From Cyanobacteria bacterium SIG32 (GTDB taxonomy: Bacteria > Cyanobacteriota > Vampirovibrionia > Gastranaerophilales > Gastranaerophilaceae): a stretch of 64,000 bases of DNA. The stretch's first letter is position 1. The number at the start of each line of letters is the position of its first letter. The notes below the pieces were generated by a model. That model had not been told where the DNA came from. It worked only from the letters and a program-made list of their open reading frames with translations, and did no database searches. The stretch lies in assembly GCA_015152455.1 (NCBI GenBank), contig SUTY01000001.1, positions 5,807 through 69,806 of the forward strand. Direction: 5' to 3'. Shown piece after piece: positions 28,190-40,227 of the stretch. The translations under genes were made by a program, and so were the position numbers.

Positions 28190-29172
28190 TACTCCTTGAT
28201 TTTGATATAAGCCTTCATAATCCGATTGTTAATCGTATCATCAAAGGCTTTTTGAATATTATCTAATTCATAAATAGTTGATAACCCATCAACTTTAACT
28301 TGTCCAGAACGTAATAAATTCAACGAATCCTGTAAATCCACAGGTGCAGGTGAATAACTTCCCAAAACAGTTAATTCTCTATAATAAATTTCATTATTTG
28401 CATAGCCCCAATTGCTTGGAGTGCTAGAAAATACTAAAATTTTTCCACCATTTCTTACATGCTTCAATGCGGTATTTATTGCTTTATCAGCGCCAGAAGT
28501 CATAAACACACCATCGGCTTCAAAATTAGGATCCATTTCTTTCACGTTACATGCTGCAATACCTAGTTTACGTAATTTTCTGACTCTGTCAGGAATTAAA
28601 TCACATCCCATAACATCCATACCAAAGGCTTTTAAGGCTTGTGCCATTAAAATTCCAATTGAACCTAAACCAACAACCAGTGCTGTTGAATTTCCTCTTA
28701 ACTGTGCTCTTTTTACCGCTCTGACGCAACAACCTAAAGGTTCATAAAAAGAAGCCTCTACATCAGTTAAGTTATCAGGTTTTATGTATGCAACGTTTTG
28801 TAGATGTTCTTCGGTTAAATAAACATACTCACTAAATCCACCAGGCTGAATATTTGTTTCCTTGAAGTGTGGACACATTGAAACATTGCCATTTTTACAA
28901 TATACGCATTCACCACAAGGTATATGGTGAGATGTTACGATTTCATCACCCACATTAAAGTTAGTTTTTGAATTTATTTCAGTAATTTCAGCTACAATTT
29001 CGTGTCCTAAAACTGTACCGTCTTTTGAAATTTTATGAATGAATTTGACTATATCTGAACCACATAAACCGCAACCTAAAACACGTACAATAGCACCTGT
29101 ACGACCATTCAGGGTAATATCTGGGGTCTCTTTTATAGCTATTTTATCTTTATTTATTACTGCAACTTTCAC
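28189..29172 (-). CDS. zinc-dependent medium-chain dehydrogenase, paralog
   Basis: CGLCGSD, GHEIVA, CGECVYCKNGNVSMC, GLGSIG motifs. Its stop overlaps the start of the downstream paralog. Confidence 0.8.
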   Translation of the reverse strand: MKVAVINKDKIAIKETPDITLNGRTGAIVRVLGCGLCGSDIVKFIHKISKDGTVLGHEIVAEITEINSKTNFNVGDEIVTSHHIPCGECVYCKNGNVSMCPHFKETNIQPGGFSEYVYLTEEHLQNVAYIKPDNLTDVEASFYEPLGCCVRAVKRAQLRGNSTALVVGLGSIGILMAQALKAFGMDVMGCDLIPDRVRKLRKLGIAACNVKEMDPNFEADGVFMTSGADKAINTALKHVRNGGKILVFSSTPSNWGYANNEIYYRELTVLGSYSPAPVDLQDSLNLLRSGQVKVDGLSTIYELDNIQKAFDDTINNRIMKAYIKIKE

Positions 29173-29227
29173 GATTGTATTTTAGCACAAACTTGATAAA
29201 ATAAAAAAGATATATTAAAATACGAAT

Positions 29228-30205
29228 ATGGTAAGAATTAGAAAATTATCTTGTTTTGATTATTCTAAAATTAAAAAATTAATTCCTTATTTGGGCTCTA
29301 CTGCTGATGGCAAATTTTTAAAAGCTATTTTTGAAATGCCGTTAGATTTTTTAAACGGATACTTACCTTTAAAATATAGATTTCGCTCTGAATCATATAT
29401 ATTACTCGATAATGATGAAATCTTAGGTATGGTTACGGCTGAACCAACCCTGGGGAATCCGTACAAAATAAACATTACTCGTTTAATTTTCAAAAATAAT
29501 TTTTACGATATCGGTAAACAATTAATTGATTATATTGTCGCAAAATACGGTGCAAGAGGTGCTCATTCGTTTATTGTTTACGTCGATCAATCACACGACG
29601 AACTTTGTTCTTTATTTGTAAAAGGTTGTGGATTTAGACAATGTTCATATGAAAACTTGTGGAAATTGGACAATTTCAAATCAGAAACTGATATTTCAAC
29701 ACAATTTAGAGTTTGTCAAGATAGTGATTCTAAAGCGGTTGCAAGGCTTTACAACTCAGAATTAAACACATTGTATAAACCTTCAATGGAAAGAATTCCT
29801 CAAGAATTTAAAGAAATTGTGTTACAAGGATTGAATTCTCAATATAAAAATAGGTATGTATTAGAAGAATGCGAAAAAGTTATTGCATATTTATCAATAA
29901 CAACTTCTGATAATATGAATTTTGTTATAGATTTGTCACTAAGCGACGGATATCAATTTAACTATGATGAGATTATAAATTTTGCCTTAAGTGAAATTTC
30001 CAGAAGAAAATCAAATTTCACCGCCTTTTTAAAACACAGACAATATGCAAAAAATGCTGATAAGTTTGAAGAATATCTTCATTTAAGAGGTTTGAATTGC
30101 GTACAAACTCAATGTGTTTTTGTAAAAGATTTTTATAAACCAATTAAAGAAACTGAAGGTGTGCTGAAAGTCTTTTCATTTGGCGAAAATATTGTCACTA
30201 ACTAG
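29228..30205 (+). CDS. hypothetical protein, possibly a double GNAT-like acetyltransferase fold
   Basis: Pattern ILGMVTAEP...IGKQLIDYIVAKYGARGAHSFIVYV...LFVKGCGF resembles GNAT motifs A/B; weak. Confidence 0.4.
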   Translation: MVRIRKLSCFDYSKIKKLIPYLGSTADGKFLKAIFEMPLDFLNGYLPLKYRFRSESYILLDNDEILGMVTAEPTLGNPYKINITRLIFKNNFYDIGKQLIDYIVAKYGARGAHSFIVYVDQSHDELCSLFVKGCGFRQCSYENLWKLDNFKSETDISTQFRVCQDSDSKAVARLYNSELNTLYKPSMERIPQEFKEIVLQGLNSQYKNRYVLEECEKVIAYLSITTSDNMNFVIDLSLSDGYQFNYDEIINFALSEISRRKSNFTAFLKHRQYAKNADKFEEYLHLRGLNCVQTQCVFVKDFYKPIKETEGVLKVFSFGENIVTN

Positions 30206-30285
30206 ATTGCTATTTTCATTTCACTATTTTGTAAAGTAATATAAAACGGTAATATTCTTTATCGTTATTTGTGCTAAAATTATAG

Positions 30286-31319
<1,034 letters not shown>

Positions 31320-31320
<1 letters not shown>

Positions 31321-32171
31321 TGTTTGATACTGAAACAATATATGAAGTAGTTGTATTTTCTATTGGAGATACAAAAGCTGGCACTAAAATGGGTAAATTA
31401 CAATTAAGAGATCCTAAGACTGATACTCTTTTAAATTGCATTTTGTGGGAAGAAACATTAAACAGATTAGACAGTAAACTATTTAGAACAGGAAATCAAT
31501 TGAGAATTGTTTCGGCAACTTTCAATGAAAAATTTAATAACTGTTTAGTTTCAGCATTAGAATTAGTAAAAGAAGCTAAAATGGGTTTAGATGAAACTCA
31601 AAGAGAAGAAACTTATCAAAAACTTGTTGGCTATATAAATACTATCCAAGATGATAAACTTAGGATTTTCTTGTTTAATTATTTTGAAGAACACAAAGAA
31701 GTAATTAAAATTATGCCAGCAGCAAAAGTTATGCACCATAATTATATTGGCGGGCTTATGGTTCACACAATTGAATGTGTGCAGTTTGCAGAACACAATT
31801 TAAAAATGTTTATGATGAAATTAAACCGAGATGTTATGATTTCAGCTTGCATTCTTCATGATATCGGCAAAATTTTTGAATATACCATTAACTTAGAAAC
31901 AGGTATTGTTGATTATGATGAAAACTTTCGTTCAGAATGGATCAGCCATTCTCAATACGGATTTTCACTTTGTATGATGAATGGTTTTAAACGTATTGCA
32001 AAAATGATTGCGGCACACCACGGACGTGAAGATTGGGGAGCAATGATTGATTTAGACCAAAAAGATTTGGAACCTGAATTATATTTCTTACACTTTATGG
32101 ATAATTTATCTGCAAAATTTGGCAGAATTAATGTAGCAATGCTAGAAGGTGGTTTACATTGGCAAGACTAA
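31320..32171 (+). CDS. OB-fold + HD-domain phosphohydrolase (YhaM-like 3'-5' exoribonuclease family)
   Basis: MHHNYIGGLMVHT and ILHDIGK HD motifs. The ATG overlaps the ilvC stop (TAATG). Confidence 0.6.
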
Positions 32172-32833
32172 ATGAAAAACACAATTATGAAGGTACTTTA
32201 ATTTGCGTTGAAGGGATTGACGGCTCTGGTAAATCCACTCAATTAGCACTATTACGTGATTGGTTAAAGTCAAACGGCAAAGACGTAATTTTCACTGAAT
32301 GGAATTCATCACCTCTGATTAGTCAAACAACTAAATTGGCTAAAAAGAAAAATATGCTTTCGCCAAGAACATTCAGCTTGTTGCACGCAGTTGACTTTGC
32401 GGACAGGCTAAAACAGGTTATTGCACCAGCTTTAAAAGCCGGATTTATTGTATTAGCTGACAGATATGCATACACTGCATTTGCACGTGATGTTGCTCGT
32501 GGTGTTGACCCTAAATGGGTTAGAGAGGTTTATAACTTTGCAATAAAACCTGATTTGACAGTTTATTTTGATATAGATCCAAAGACTTCCATGGAAAGAA
32601 TTTGTTTCAACAGAACTCCAAAATTCTATGAAGCAGGTATGGATTTAAAATTAAGCAATGACCCTTTTGAAAGTTATGTACTGTTCCAAACAAAAGTGGT
32701 TAAAGAATACAAAAAAATGCTTGATGAATTTGATATTATAAAATTGGATGCAAAAGATTCAATTCATAAAAAACAGGTTGAAATCAGAAGAATGTTGAAA
32801 GAAATTTTAGCTGCAAAAGGAGTTGAGATATAA
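32159..32833 (+). CDS. thymidylate kinase-like P-loop kinase, paralog 1 (divergent)
   Basis: VEGIDGSGKSTQ P-loop, LADRYAYTAFARD (DRY). TEWNSS sits where canonical Tmk has TREPGG. TTG start after GAAGGTGG. Confidence 0.65.
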   Translation: MARLNEKHNYEGTLICVEGIDGSGKSTQLALLRDWLKSNGKDVIFTEWNSSPLISQTTKLAKKKNMLSPRTFSLLHAVDFADRLKQVIAPALKAGFIVLADRYAYTAFARDVARGVDPKWVREVYNFAIKPDLTVYFDIDPKTSMERICFNRTPKFYEAGMDLKLSNDPFESYVLFQTKVVKEYKKMLDEFDIIKLDAKDSIHKKQVEIRRMLKEILAAKGVEI

Positions 32834-33504
32834 TGGCAAAGTTTAAAACAAAACACGGATATGAAGGTTTGCTTGTTGTTATTGAAGGAACTGACGGTTC
32901 AGGTAAATCAACTCAATTGGAATTACTTAAAAAATCGCTTCAGGATCAGTCATATGGTGTTATGGTTTCAGAATGGAAAACATCTCGCTTGATTGCAGAT
33001 GTAATTGATGACGCAAAAGATAGAAATTTATTGAATGCGACAACATATAGTTTATTATATGCCGCTGATTTTGCAGATAGATTAGAAAACCAAATTATTC
33101 CAGCTTTAAAATCCGGCTTTATTGTTCTTTTAGACAGATACTATTATACCGCTTTAGCTCGTGACGTTGTAAGAGGTCAAAATATCGATTGGGTCAAAAA
33201 CCTTTATGATTACGCACCAGAACCTGATTTGGTATTTTATTTAGATATGCCTGTCGATGTTTTGTTAAAAAGAATCATAGGAACAACCGGCTTAGACTTT
33301 TACGAAAGTGGGCGAGATGTTGGATTTTCAACCGATTTTTATAAAAGTTTTGAAATCTACCAAAACAAATGTTTAGAGCAGTATAACGATATGAAAAAGG
33401 AATATGGATTTATAAGTATTGATGGTACAAAAACTATACCTGCGATACATAAAATTATGAATTCAGAAGTCCAAAAACTACTTGATACTGGATTTTTAGA
33501 CTAA
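32833..33504 (+). CDS. thymidylate kinase-like P-loop kinase, paralog 2 (divergent)
   Basis: IEGTDGSGKSTQ, LLDRYYYTALARD; SEWKTS in place of TREPGG. The ATG overlaps the previous stop (TAATG). Confidence 0.65.
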   Translation: MAKFKTKHGYEGLLVVIEGTDGSGKSTQLELLKKSLQDQSYGVMVSEWKTSRLIADVIDDAKDRNLLNATTYSLLYAADFADRLENQIIPALKSGFIVLLDRYYYTALARDVVRGQNIDWVKNLYDYAPEPDLVFYLDMPVDVLLKRIIGTTGLDFYESGRDVGFSTDFYKSFEIYQNKCLEQYNDMKKEYGFISIDGTKTIPAIHKIMNSEVQKLLDTGFLD

Positions 33505-33624
33505 TAATTATGACAATTTGTAAATATTGTGCATAAAAATTTACGTTACGAAACATTTTGTTTTTTTGGGCATGGTTTGTGCTAAGTTAGATAATGTGAA
33601 AGAGATGTTTAAGGAGATTAATGA

Positions 33625-34230
33625 ATGTCTGAATATTTGAGCAAAGAAGAGATAAAACAATGGAGAAGCTCATTAGAAAAGATTACATTAGAAGAATTTG
33701 CTGCCAGATTAGGGAAAAAATTAGAACAAGATAAACCAACAAATGATCTTGTTGATATTGTGTTAAAAGGACAACCAGTTATTTCTAAAGAAGAAGATTG
33801 GAATATTACAAGAGGTGAAAGAATCAGTTCAATAGCAGAACGTGCTTACGATCGTGAAAGAGAAATTGCTCCGTCACCTTTTTCAGCTCATAACTTAAAA
33901 GCAGAAATTGCTCAAGCTGCACCTGCGAAAAAAACAACTGCTAAAAAAGCTGTAGTTGCAAAAGCTGAAAAAGCTCCAAAGATTGAGCCTAAAAAAGATT
34001 TAAGAGAAGAAGTAAGAATTGTATTCAAAAAAGCTCTTACAGACAGAGAACAAAAAGTTTTTGATTATTTTGCACAAAATAGTAACAAAATTGTTTATGC
34101 AAAAGATCTTGCAGCTCTTTTAGATTTACCAAGAGATTATGTATATAAATACATAAAAAATCTAAGAGCAAAAATAGAAGGTGATAACTTGAAAAATGCC
34201 GATAAAGGCGGATTTGTGTTATCTATCTAA
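33625..34230 (+). CDS. hypothetical protein with a Lys/Ala-rich linker and a C-terminal winged-helix-like segment
   Basis: AKKTTAKKAVVAKAEKAPK linker; C-terminal LTDREQKVFDYFAQN...YAKDLAALLDLPRDYVYKYIKNLRAKI; RBS AAGGAG. Confidence 0.5.
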   Translation: MSEYLSKEEIKQWRSSLEKITLEEFAARLGKKLEQDKPTNDLVDIVLKGQPVISKEEDWNITRGERISSIAERAYDREREIAPSPFSAHNLKAEIAQAAPAKKTTAKKAVVAKAEKAPKIEPKKDLREEVRIVFKKALTDREQKVFDYFAQNSNKIVYAKDLAALLDLPRDYVYKYIKNLRAKIEGDNLKNADKGGFVLSI

Positions 34231-34257
34231 CTCATACCAAAAACCGAATCAAAATAT

Positions 34258-34287
34258 AAAGACCTCTTTTAGAGGTCTTCTTTTTTA
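34258..34287. terminator. bidirectional intrinsic terminator
   Basis: AAAGACCTCT-TTT-AGAGGTCTTCTTTTTT. Confidence 0.7.
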
Positions 34288-34794
34288 TGCGTTTGTGAAT
34301 AATCTTTTTAATTTATCTTCGTTATATCTTAATGTTGCATTAGGGTCGTTTGGAGAATGACACGCCATATAATAACGATTATTTACGTCATAATGTTGGG
34401 CAATTTTTCGTGCCATATCAAGTTTAGTTATTAACTGATTAATGTTAACTCTAGGATTGTTTTCAATATCAGAATCCAATTGTATAGGAATCAATTCTCC
34501 GGTTCTTAAATCTCTTAAGACGGCTTTATCATCATTATGACTAAACCCAAATTTTTTGTTCATAAGAGAATAATAATCATTAATATTGTGCCCAGGATTA
34601 ATAATTACTTGACCTTCTCCGTCATAAATAACATCTGTTATGGTGTATGATAGTGGTTTAATTACATCATCAACAAAGGCTTTTTCAAATTCAGGGTTTT
34701 GAGCAAATTTTTGCGCTAATTCTTTAGCGCCGTGTTCGGTTACTTTGAAAGATGTAAAAGACTGGTTGAAATTATTTGTTAGATTTATACGCAT
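34285..34794 (-). CDS. hypothetical protein (169 aa) with an Asn-rich N-terminus
   Basis: RBS AAGGAG. Starts MRINLTNNFNQSFTSFKV. No recognised domain. Confidence 0.55.
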   Translation of the reverse strand: MRINLTNNFNQSFTSFKVTEHGAKELAQKFAQNPEFEKAFVDDVIKPLSYTITDVIYDGEGQVIINPGHNINDYYSLMNKKFGFSHNDDKAVLRDLRTGELIPIQLDSDIENNPRVNINQLITKLDMARKIAQHYDVNNRYYMACHSPNDPNATLRYNEDKLKRLFTNA

Positions 34795-34853
34795 AGAGGT
34801 TCTCCTTTGTTATAATGAAAACCTCTAAAAAATAATTTTGCTATTCTATAAAG

Positions 34854-36224
34854 TTATTTTTCTTTAATAGTTTTGGTTATAAATGCTGCAATTAACAAAC
34901 ATATTGCGCCGATAATAAAGGCATATTCCCAGTGGTAGTTTACAAGGTCATCACCCATATCAAAGGCACATTTTGATATAAACCAGGCTACTAAAGTACA
35001 AACAAAAACTTGTGGTCCAGCGATAAAGATATTAAAAATGCCCATTACAGAGCCTTCTGTACCAGGTTTTATATATTGAGAAAGCATTGCAAAAGGTAAC
35101 GCACAAATACTTGCCCAACCAATACCAGCTAATCCCATTAATGCAGCAACGGCAAAAGTGTTAACAGTAAATGCCATTCCTAAATAAGCCAAGATCATTG
35201 ACAAGATAGAAATAATGTGTACTTTCTTATTTCCATATTTACCGGCTAAAATTCCAATTGGAATAGCAACGATAAAACAAACAAAATTGAATATTGCAAA
35301 ACAAATTGATGAAAAATTAGTACCGTTCACAACCGCATCTTCGTACAAACGATTAGCAGTTTCACTAGCCGTTGTTAAATCTGGAACCCCAAATAATGTG
35401 TGAACTGAATACTGTGTAAAGAATATCATCATACACATTGTTCCAATCCAAGTGAAAAACTGCATTAAGCAGATTTTTGAAACTTCTGGTGACATTGCAA
35501 AAAATTCTTTTAAAGCTGTTAAGAAATTTACATTTTCGTCCTTTGTTTCTTGCTCTTTTTTTTCAATATTATGTTCTTTAATAGTTATACAAGTCCAAAG
35601 CATTGCAAGTGTAAAGGCTAACGCACCCATGATAAATTGTGCGTTTATTGACATTTGGAAGTTAAATGCCCATTTTAAAAACGGTGCCATACCTGCAGCC
35701 ACAACAGAACCCAAACCGATTGCCAAGCTAATATAAGAATTTGCAACAGAATGTTGTTCTTGTGGGACAACATCTGGAATTAAGGCTCTATATGGACCTT
35801 GCGCTACGTTAATACAAGCATCAATAATCCAAATCATAATTGCTGCAACTAATAACCCCATCCAAATTGGCAATTCAATTCCTGTCGCACTTTCTAATGC
35901 AACTGCAACATTTTGCGAATTAGGGAATATCCATAATGCAATACTGGCGATTATTGCACCACCTAATAAATACGGTCTTCTTCTTCCAAATGGTGAAATA
36001 GTTTTATCACTCAATGCCCCAACAATTGGCTGGACAACCATACCTGTAAATGGTCCAGCAAGCCAAATTAATCCATATAAAAACGGAGATGCACCTAAAC
36101 TTTCGGTTACAGGTCCTGATAAAATAATTCTCATTTGCCAAGCAAATTGTAATCCAAAAAATCCTAATGCAAAATTTAAAAATTGCATAGTATTAAATTT
36201 TTTAATAATGCTCTTATCTTCCAT
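34854..36224 (-). CDS. MFS transporter (GPH / sucrose-H+ symporter-like)
   Basis: About 12 predicted TM segments and a GRRRPYLLGG loop motif typical of the GPH/SLC45 type. Confidence 0.75.
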   Translation of the reverse strand: MEDKSIIKKFNTMQFLNFALGFFGLQFAWQMRIILSGPVTESLGASPFLYGLIWLAGPFTGMVVQPIVGALSDKTISPFGRRRPYLLGGAIIASIALWIFPNSQNVAVALESATGIELPIWMGLLVAAIMIWIIDACINVAQGPYRALIPDVVPQEQHSVANSYISLAIGLGSVVAAGMAPFLKWAFNFQMSINAQFIMGALAFTLAMLWTCITIKEHNIEKKEQETKDENVNFLTALKEFFAMSPEVSKICLMQFFTWIGTMCMMIFFTQYSVHTLFGVPDLTTASETANRLYEDAVVNGTNFSSICFAIFNFVCFIVAIPIGILAGKYGNKKVHIISILSMILAYLGMAFTVNTFAVAALMGLAGIGWASICALPFAMLSQYIKPGTEGSVMGIFNIFIAGPQVFVCTLVAWFISKCAFDMGDDLVNYHWEYAFIIGAICLLIAAFITKTIKEK

Positions 36225-36296
36225 TTAATTTACCCCAAAATCTCTGCATATACTAGAATACAAAGAACAAAGACATTAGTCAATAACTATTATTAA

Positions 36297-36322
36297 CAGA
36301 AAAGAGGCAAATGCCTCTTTTC
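36297..36322 (-). terminator. intrinsic terminator after pyrG
   Basis: Minus strand: GAAAAGAGGCA-TT-TGCCTCTTTTCTGTT. Confidence 0.6.
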
Positions 36323-37924
36323 TTAAATTCTTTTAACTGCTGCATCAATAAGACCTTTAAACAGTGGATGTGGTTTGTCTGGTCTTGACTTAAATTCAGG
36401 GTGGAATTGCGCAGCCACAAACCAGTCATTTTGTGGTAATTCAACAACTTCAGCCAACATTCCGTCAGGTGACATTCCTGAGAATACCAAACCTGCATCA
36501 GCAATTTGTTTTAAGTATTCATTGTTTACTTCGTATCTGTGTCTGTGACGTTCTGAAATTTTTTCTTGTCCATATGCTTTTGCTGCAACTGAACCTTCTT
36601 TTAAAATACAATCATAGGCACCAAGTCGCATTGTACCACCATACGCCTGAACATTTTTCTGTTCTAACATTAAGTCAATAACAGGATATGGAGCATTCTC
36701 ATCAAATTCTGCAGAATTTGCACCTTTCAATCCTACAACGTTTCTTGCATACTCAATAACTGCACATTGCATACCCAAGCAAATACCTAAGAACGGAACA
36801 TTTCTTTCCCTAGAGTATCTGATAACGTTTAATTTACCTTCAATACCTCTGATACCAAATCCACCAGGAACAACTACAGCGTGAACATCTTTCATAAGTT
36901 CTGCGCAACGATTAGGGTCAACACATTCTTCTGAATTTATCCATTTAATTTCAATAGCTGCATCATTTGCATATCCAGCGTGTTTTAATGATTCAACAAC
37001 TGAAATGTATGCATCTGAAAGTTTTGTATATTTACCTGCAATAGCAACTCTAATTGCTTTTGCTGGGTTTTTAATTTTATCCACAAGTTTTTCCCACGCC
37101 TCGAGGTTTGGTTTTTCAGAATCAACCCTAAGCATATTTAAAATAACATCAGCCATTCCTTGTTCTTCCAATGCAAGAGGAACTTCATAAATACTTTTCA
37201 TATCTCTACATTCAATTACTGCATCTTTAGGTACTGAACAGAATAACGCTAATTTTTCTTTTTCTGTTTTTGGAATAGCTCTTGTTGTTCTGCAAACAAG
37301 GATTTCAGGTTGGATACCATAACTTCTTAGAACAGTTACACTATGTTGTGATGGCTTTGTTTTTAATTCGCCAGATGTCGGTAAATAAGGTAATAAAGTA
37401 CAATGTACAGATACTGCATTACCGATACCCACTTCAGCTTTGAATTGTCTGATTGCTTCAATAAATGGTAAACTTTCAATGTCACCAATTGTTCCACCGA
37501 TTTCAATTAATTGGAAATCCGGTTTAAATTGTTTTGTTGCACCAACAATTCTTGCTTTAATTTCGTTTGTGATGTGAGGAATTACCTGAACAGTACCACC
37601 CAAATAATCGCCTCTGCGTTCTTTATCAATAACTCTTTGATATACGCTTCCAGAAGTAACGTTGTTTAATTTACCTAAATTTGTATCAGTAAATCTTTCA
37701 TAGTGACCTAGATCAAGGTCAGTTTCTGCACCGTCGTCAGTTACAAAAACTTCACCATGTTGGAACGGACTCATAGTACCAGGGTCAACGTTAATATATG
37801 GGTCAAATTTTTGGTTAATAACAGAAAATCCACGAGCTCTTAATAGTTTGCCTAAAGAAGCTGCGATAATCCCTTTTCCTAATGAACTAACTACACCACC
37901 TGTAATAAAAATATATTTTGTCAT
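36323..37924 (-). CDS. pyrG: CTP synthase
   Basis: [25 protein letters not shown] glutaminase Cys, HRHRYE motifs. Confidence 0.95.
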   Translation of the reverse strand: MTKYIFITGGVVSSLGKGIIAASLGKLLRARGFSVINQKFDPYINVDPGTMSPFQHGEVFVTDDGAETDLDLGHYERFTDTNLGKLNNVTSGSVYQRVIDKERRGDYLGGTVQVIPHITNEIKARIVGATKQFKPDFQLIEIGGTIGDIESLPFIEAIRQFKAEVGIGNAVSVHCTLLPYLPTSGELKTKPSQHSVTVLRSYGIQPEILVCRTTRAIPKTEKEKLALFCSVPKDAVIECRDMKSIYEVPLALEEQGMADVILNMLRVDSEKPNLEAWEKLVDKIKNPAKAIRVAIAGKYTKLSDAYISVVESLKHAGYANDAAIEIKWINSEECVDPNRCAELMKDVHAVVVPGGFGIRGIEGKLNVIRYSRERNVPFLGICLGMQCAVIEYARNVVGLKGANSAEFDENAPYPVIDLMLEQKNVQAYGGTMRLGAYDCILKEGSVAAKAYGQEKISERHRHRYEVNNEYLKQIADAGLVFSGMSPDGMLAEVVELPQNDWFVAAQFHPEFKSRPDKPHPLFKGLIDAAVKRI

Positions 37925-37978
37925 CTTTTAAATACCTCAAGAAAATTTATAATAATATCCCTAACCAACAAATGAAAA

Positions 37979-38260
37979 CTAATTAATTTTAGGCACTCTG
38001 AAGAATCCATTTTCTTCTTCAGGAGCATTCGCCATTAATTCTTCTTTCGTATGTTCATAAACAACTTTATCTTCACGCATAACGTTAACAAAATTGATAG
38101 CGTGTGACATAGGCTTAACATTAGAAGTATCAACTTCATTCATTTGATCAACATATTTTAATACGTCGCCAAGTTGTTTTGTATAAAGTTCTTTTTCTTC
38201 TTCTGTTAATTCTAATCTTGCAAGTTTTGCAACGTGTTCAACATCTTTTATTGTAATCAT
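37979..38260 (-). CDS. gatC: Asp-tRNA(Asn)/Glu-tRNA(Gln) amidotransferase subunit C
   Basis: Start trimmed to MITIKDVEHVAKLARLELTEEEK; 93 aa. Confidence 0.85.
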   Translation of the reverse strand: MITIKDVEHVAKLARLELTEEEKELYTKQLGDVLKYVDQMNEVDTSNVKPMSHAINFVNVMREDKVVYEHTKEELMANAPEEENGFFRVPKIN

Positions 38261-38355
38261 TTTCTCACTCCTATAATAAGAAATTGTATCATGAAAAATC
38301 ATGCATGCCAGCGAATTATTACGTAAACTTAAAATTTAGAAATAAAATAAAAACA

Positions 38356-38364
38356 TGGTATAAT
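38356..38364 (+). promoter_or_regulatory. extended -10 element TGGTATAAT upstream of the sigma factor gene
   Basis: Read directly; 19 nt before the ATG at 38383. Confidence 0.4.
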
Positions 38365-38382
38365 ACTCCATGAGAGAGATTT

Positions 38383-39156
38383 ATGATAAAAAATGACGAA
38401 AAATTAAATAGTTTGGTTCAATCTTACTTGACTTGTCAGGATGAAAAGAAGAAAAAAAAATTATATTTGAAAATAATTGAAGAAGTTATGTGGGTGGTCA
38501 AATTTACTGCCAATCAAGTTGCATCAAGGTCAGGGGCAAATATAGAAGATTTAATTCAGGTTGGCTCGATCGGATTGATTAAAGCAATTTCAACTTGTCG
38601 ATTTGAACAAAGTAATAAATTTATTTCATACTCGTCTTACTTTATTCGAGGCGAAATGAAACATTATTTGCGTGACAAAGTTGGCATTATCAGAGCGCCT
38701 AGGGAAATTCAAGAGTTGGTTACTAGAATTTCAGCGGTTGTTAAAAAGATGAAAGAGGATGGAATTGAAGAACCATCTGCAGAAGAAGTTGCGCGAATTT
38801 TAGAATTACCTATTGAAAAAGTTCAGGAAGTTTTCAACATTGATAAATACAGAAATGCAATATCTTTGGATCAATATATTATAAGTGAAGAGGATGATGT
38901 TTCATTGTTAGAAAAAATTCCTGCAGGCGACTATCAAGATGTATTAAATTCTTATGAAGATAGAATGATGATTGCTGATGCGATTAAAAAATTGCCACAA
39001 GATTTTCAAGAAGTAATCAAATTAAGTTATTATGAAGATATGAAATTAAAAGAAATTGCGGAAAAAATGGATATCTCTATAATGCAAGTTTCTCGAAAAT
39101 TAAAAAGAGCCTTAAACAGGTTATATGTATTGTTGATAAAAAATATAGAAAAATAG
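38383..39156 (+). CDS. sigma-70 family alternative sigma factor (group 3, SigF/SigB/FliA-like)
   Basis: Region 2 IGLIKAISTCRFE...FISYSSYFIRGEMKHYLRD, region 4 LSYYEDMKLKEIAEKMDISIMQVSRKLKRAL; no region 1. Confidence 0.8.
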   Translation: MIKNDEKLNSLVQSYLTCQDEKKKKKLYLKIIEEVMWVVKFTANQVASRSGANIEDLIQVGSIGLIKAISTCRFEQSNKFISYSSYFIRGEMKHYLRDKVGIIRAPREIQELVTRISAVVKKMKEDGIEEPSAEEVARILELPIEKVQEVFNIDKYRNAISLDQYIISEEDDVSLLEKIPAGDYQDVLNSYEDRMMIADAIKKLPQDFQEVIKLSYYEDMKLKEIAEKMDISIMQVSRKLKRALNRLYVLLIKNIEK

Positions 39157-39167
39157 GAGTATAAGAG

Positions 39168-40157
39168 ATGTTATTAGTTATAGCTTTAATACTATTTGTG
39201 TTTGTAATTGGTTTATGTATTGGAAGTTTTTTGAATGTTGTAATATTGCGTTCATTAAGTGAAGAATCCATTGTATTTCCAGCTTCAAAATGTCCAAAAT
39301 GTCAGCATCCATTAAAATGGTGGCATAATATTCCAGTTCTTTCATATATTTTATTGAGAGGAAAGTGTGGATTTTGTAGTGAAAAAATCAGTATTCAATA
39401 CCCAATAATTGAGTTGGTGACTGGTGTTGCGTTTGTTTTAGTGTTTTTAAAATTTGGGATTTCTGTAAATACAATATTGGCTTGGATTATTACAAGTTTG
39501 TTTGTTGTTTTGGCAGGAACAGACTGGAAAGAAAAGGTTGTATTTGACGTACACACGTATGCATTAATTGGTGTTGGTTTATTTTGTGCAGTTTTAACAA
39601 CAGGCATGATTATATATGAATACACAACTTTGTACGGTCATTTTAATTACAATACACAATGGTTTGTAAGTAATCCTTTGACTGTGGCTTTACTTGGCAC
39701 AATTATTGGTTTTGTTGGAATGGAAATTATTTCAAGAATGGGCTATTTATTGGCTGGTACTAGAGCTTTTGGAGAAGGAGATTCTTTTATCGCTGCAGGA
39801 TTAGGTGCGATATTGGGTTGGAAAGCATTGTTGCCATTGTTGATTATAAGTGTTATTGTGCAAATACTTGCGATTTTGCCAATATTTATTAAAAAAGAAA
39901 TTGAGAATAAAAACTGGATGGTTATAATTTCATTTGGAGCCTTTGTTGCATATACAATTGCGTTTATGATGGCACAAAAATTTGGTTGGTTAGAAAACAT
40001 GGTTGCATATATTGCAAGTTCAATTGTGTTGGTAATTATCGGTGTGTTATGTTGTAGAGAAATTTTATCAAACATAAAAACTGATCCTGATAATAGAACA
40101 TATTTGCCGTTTGGACCAGCTTTGGTGTTTGCTGGATTTATACTTTTACTGGCATAA
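39168..40157 (+). CDS. pilD: prepilin peptidase (A24 family, PilD-like)
   Basis: N-terminal CIGSFLNVV, zinc-finger-like CPKCQHPL...CGFC, and two Asp motifs (AGTDWKE, FGEGDSF). Confidence 0.85.
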   Translation: MLLVIALILFVFVIGLCIGSFLNVVILRSLSEESIVFPASKCPKCQHPLKWWHNIPVLSYILLRGKCGFCSEKISIQYPIIELVTGVAFVLVFLKFGISVNTILAWIITSLFVVLAGTDWKEKVVFDVHTYALIGVGLFCAVLTTGMIIYEYTTLYGHFNYNTQWFVSNPLTVALLGTIIGFVGMEIISRMGYLLAGTRAFGEGDSFIAAGLGAILGWKALLPLLIISVIVQILAILPIFIKKEIENKNWMVIISFGAFVAYTIAFMMAQKFGWLENMVAYIASSIVLVIIGVLCCREILSNIKTDPDNRTYLPFGPALVFAGFILLLA

Positions 40158-40177
40158 AAAGAATTATAAAATAAGTT

Positions 40178-40208
40178 AAAAGCCTGTTTTTATCAAACAG
40201 GCTTTTTA
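40178..40208. terminator. bidirectional intrinsic terminator between pilD and ruvA
   Basis: AAAAGCCTGTTT-TTATC-AAACAGGCTTTTT. Confidence 0.75.
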
Positions 40209-40227
40209 AAATATTAATATTATACAA

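Noticed and set aside
36280-36504. 74-aa ORF overlapping the 3' end of pyrG in another frame
   Set aside because: It is fully explained by pyrG and its terminator, and has no independent signals.
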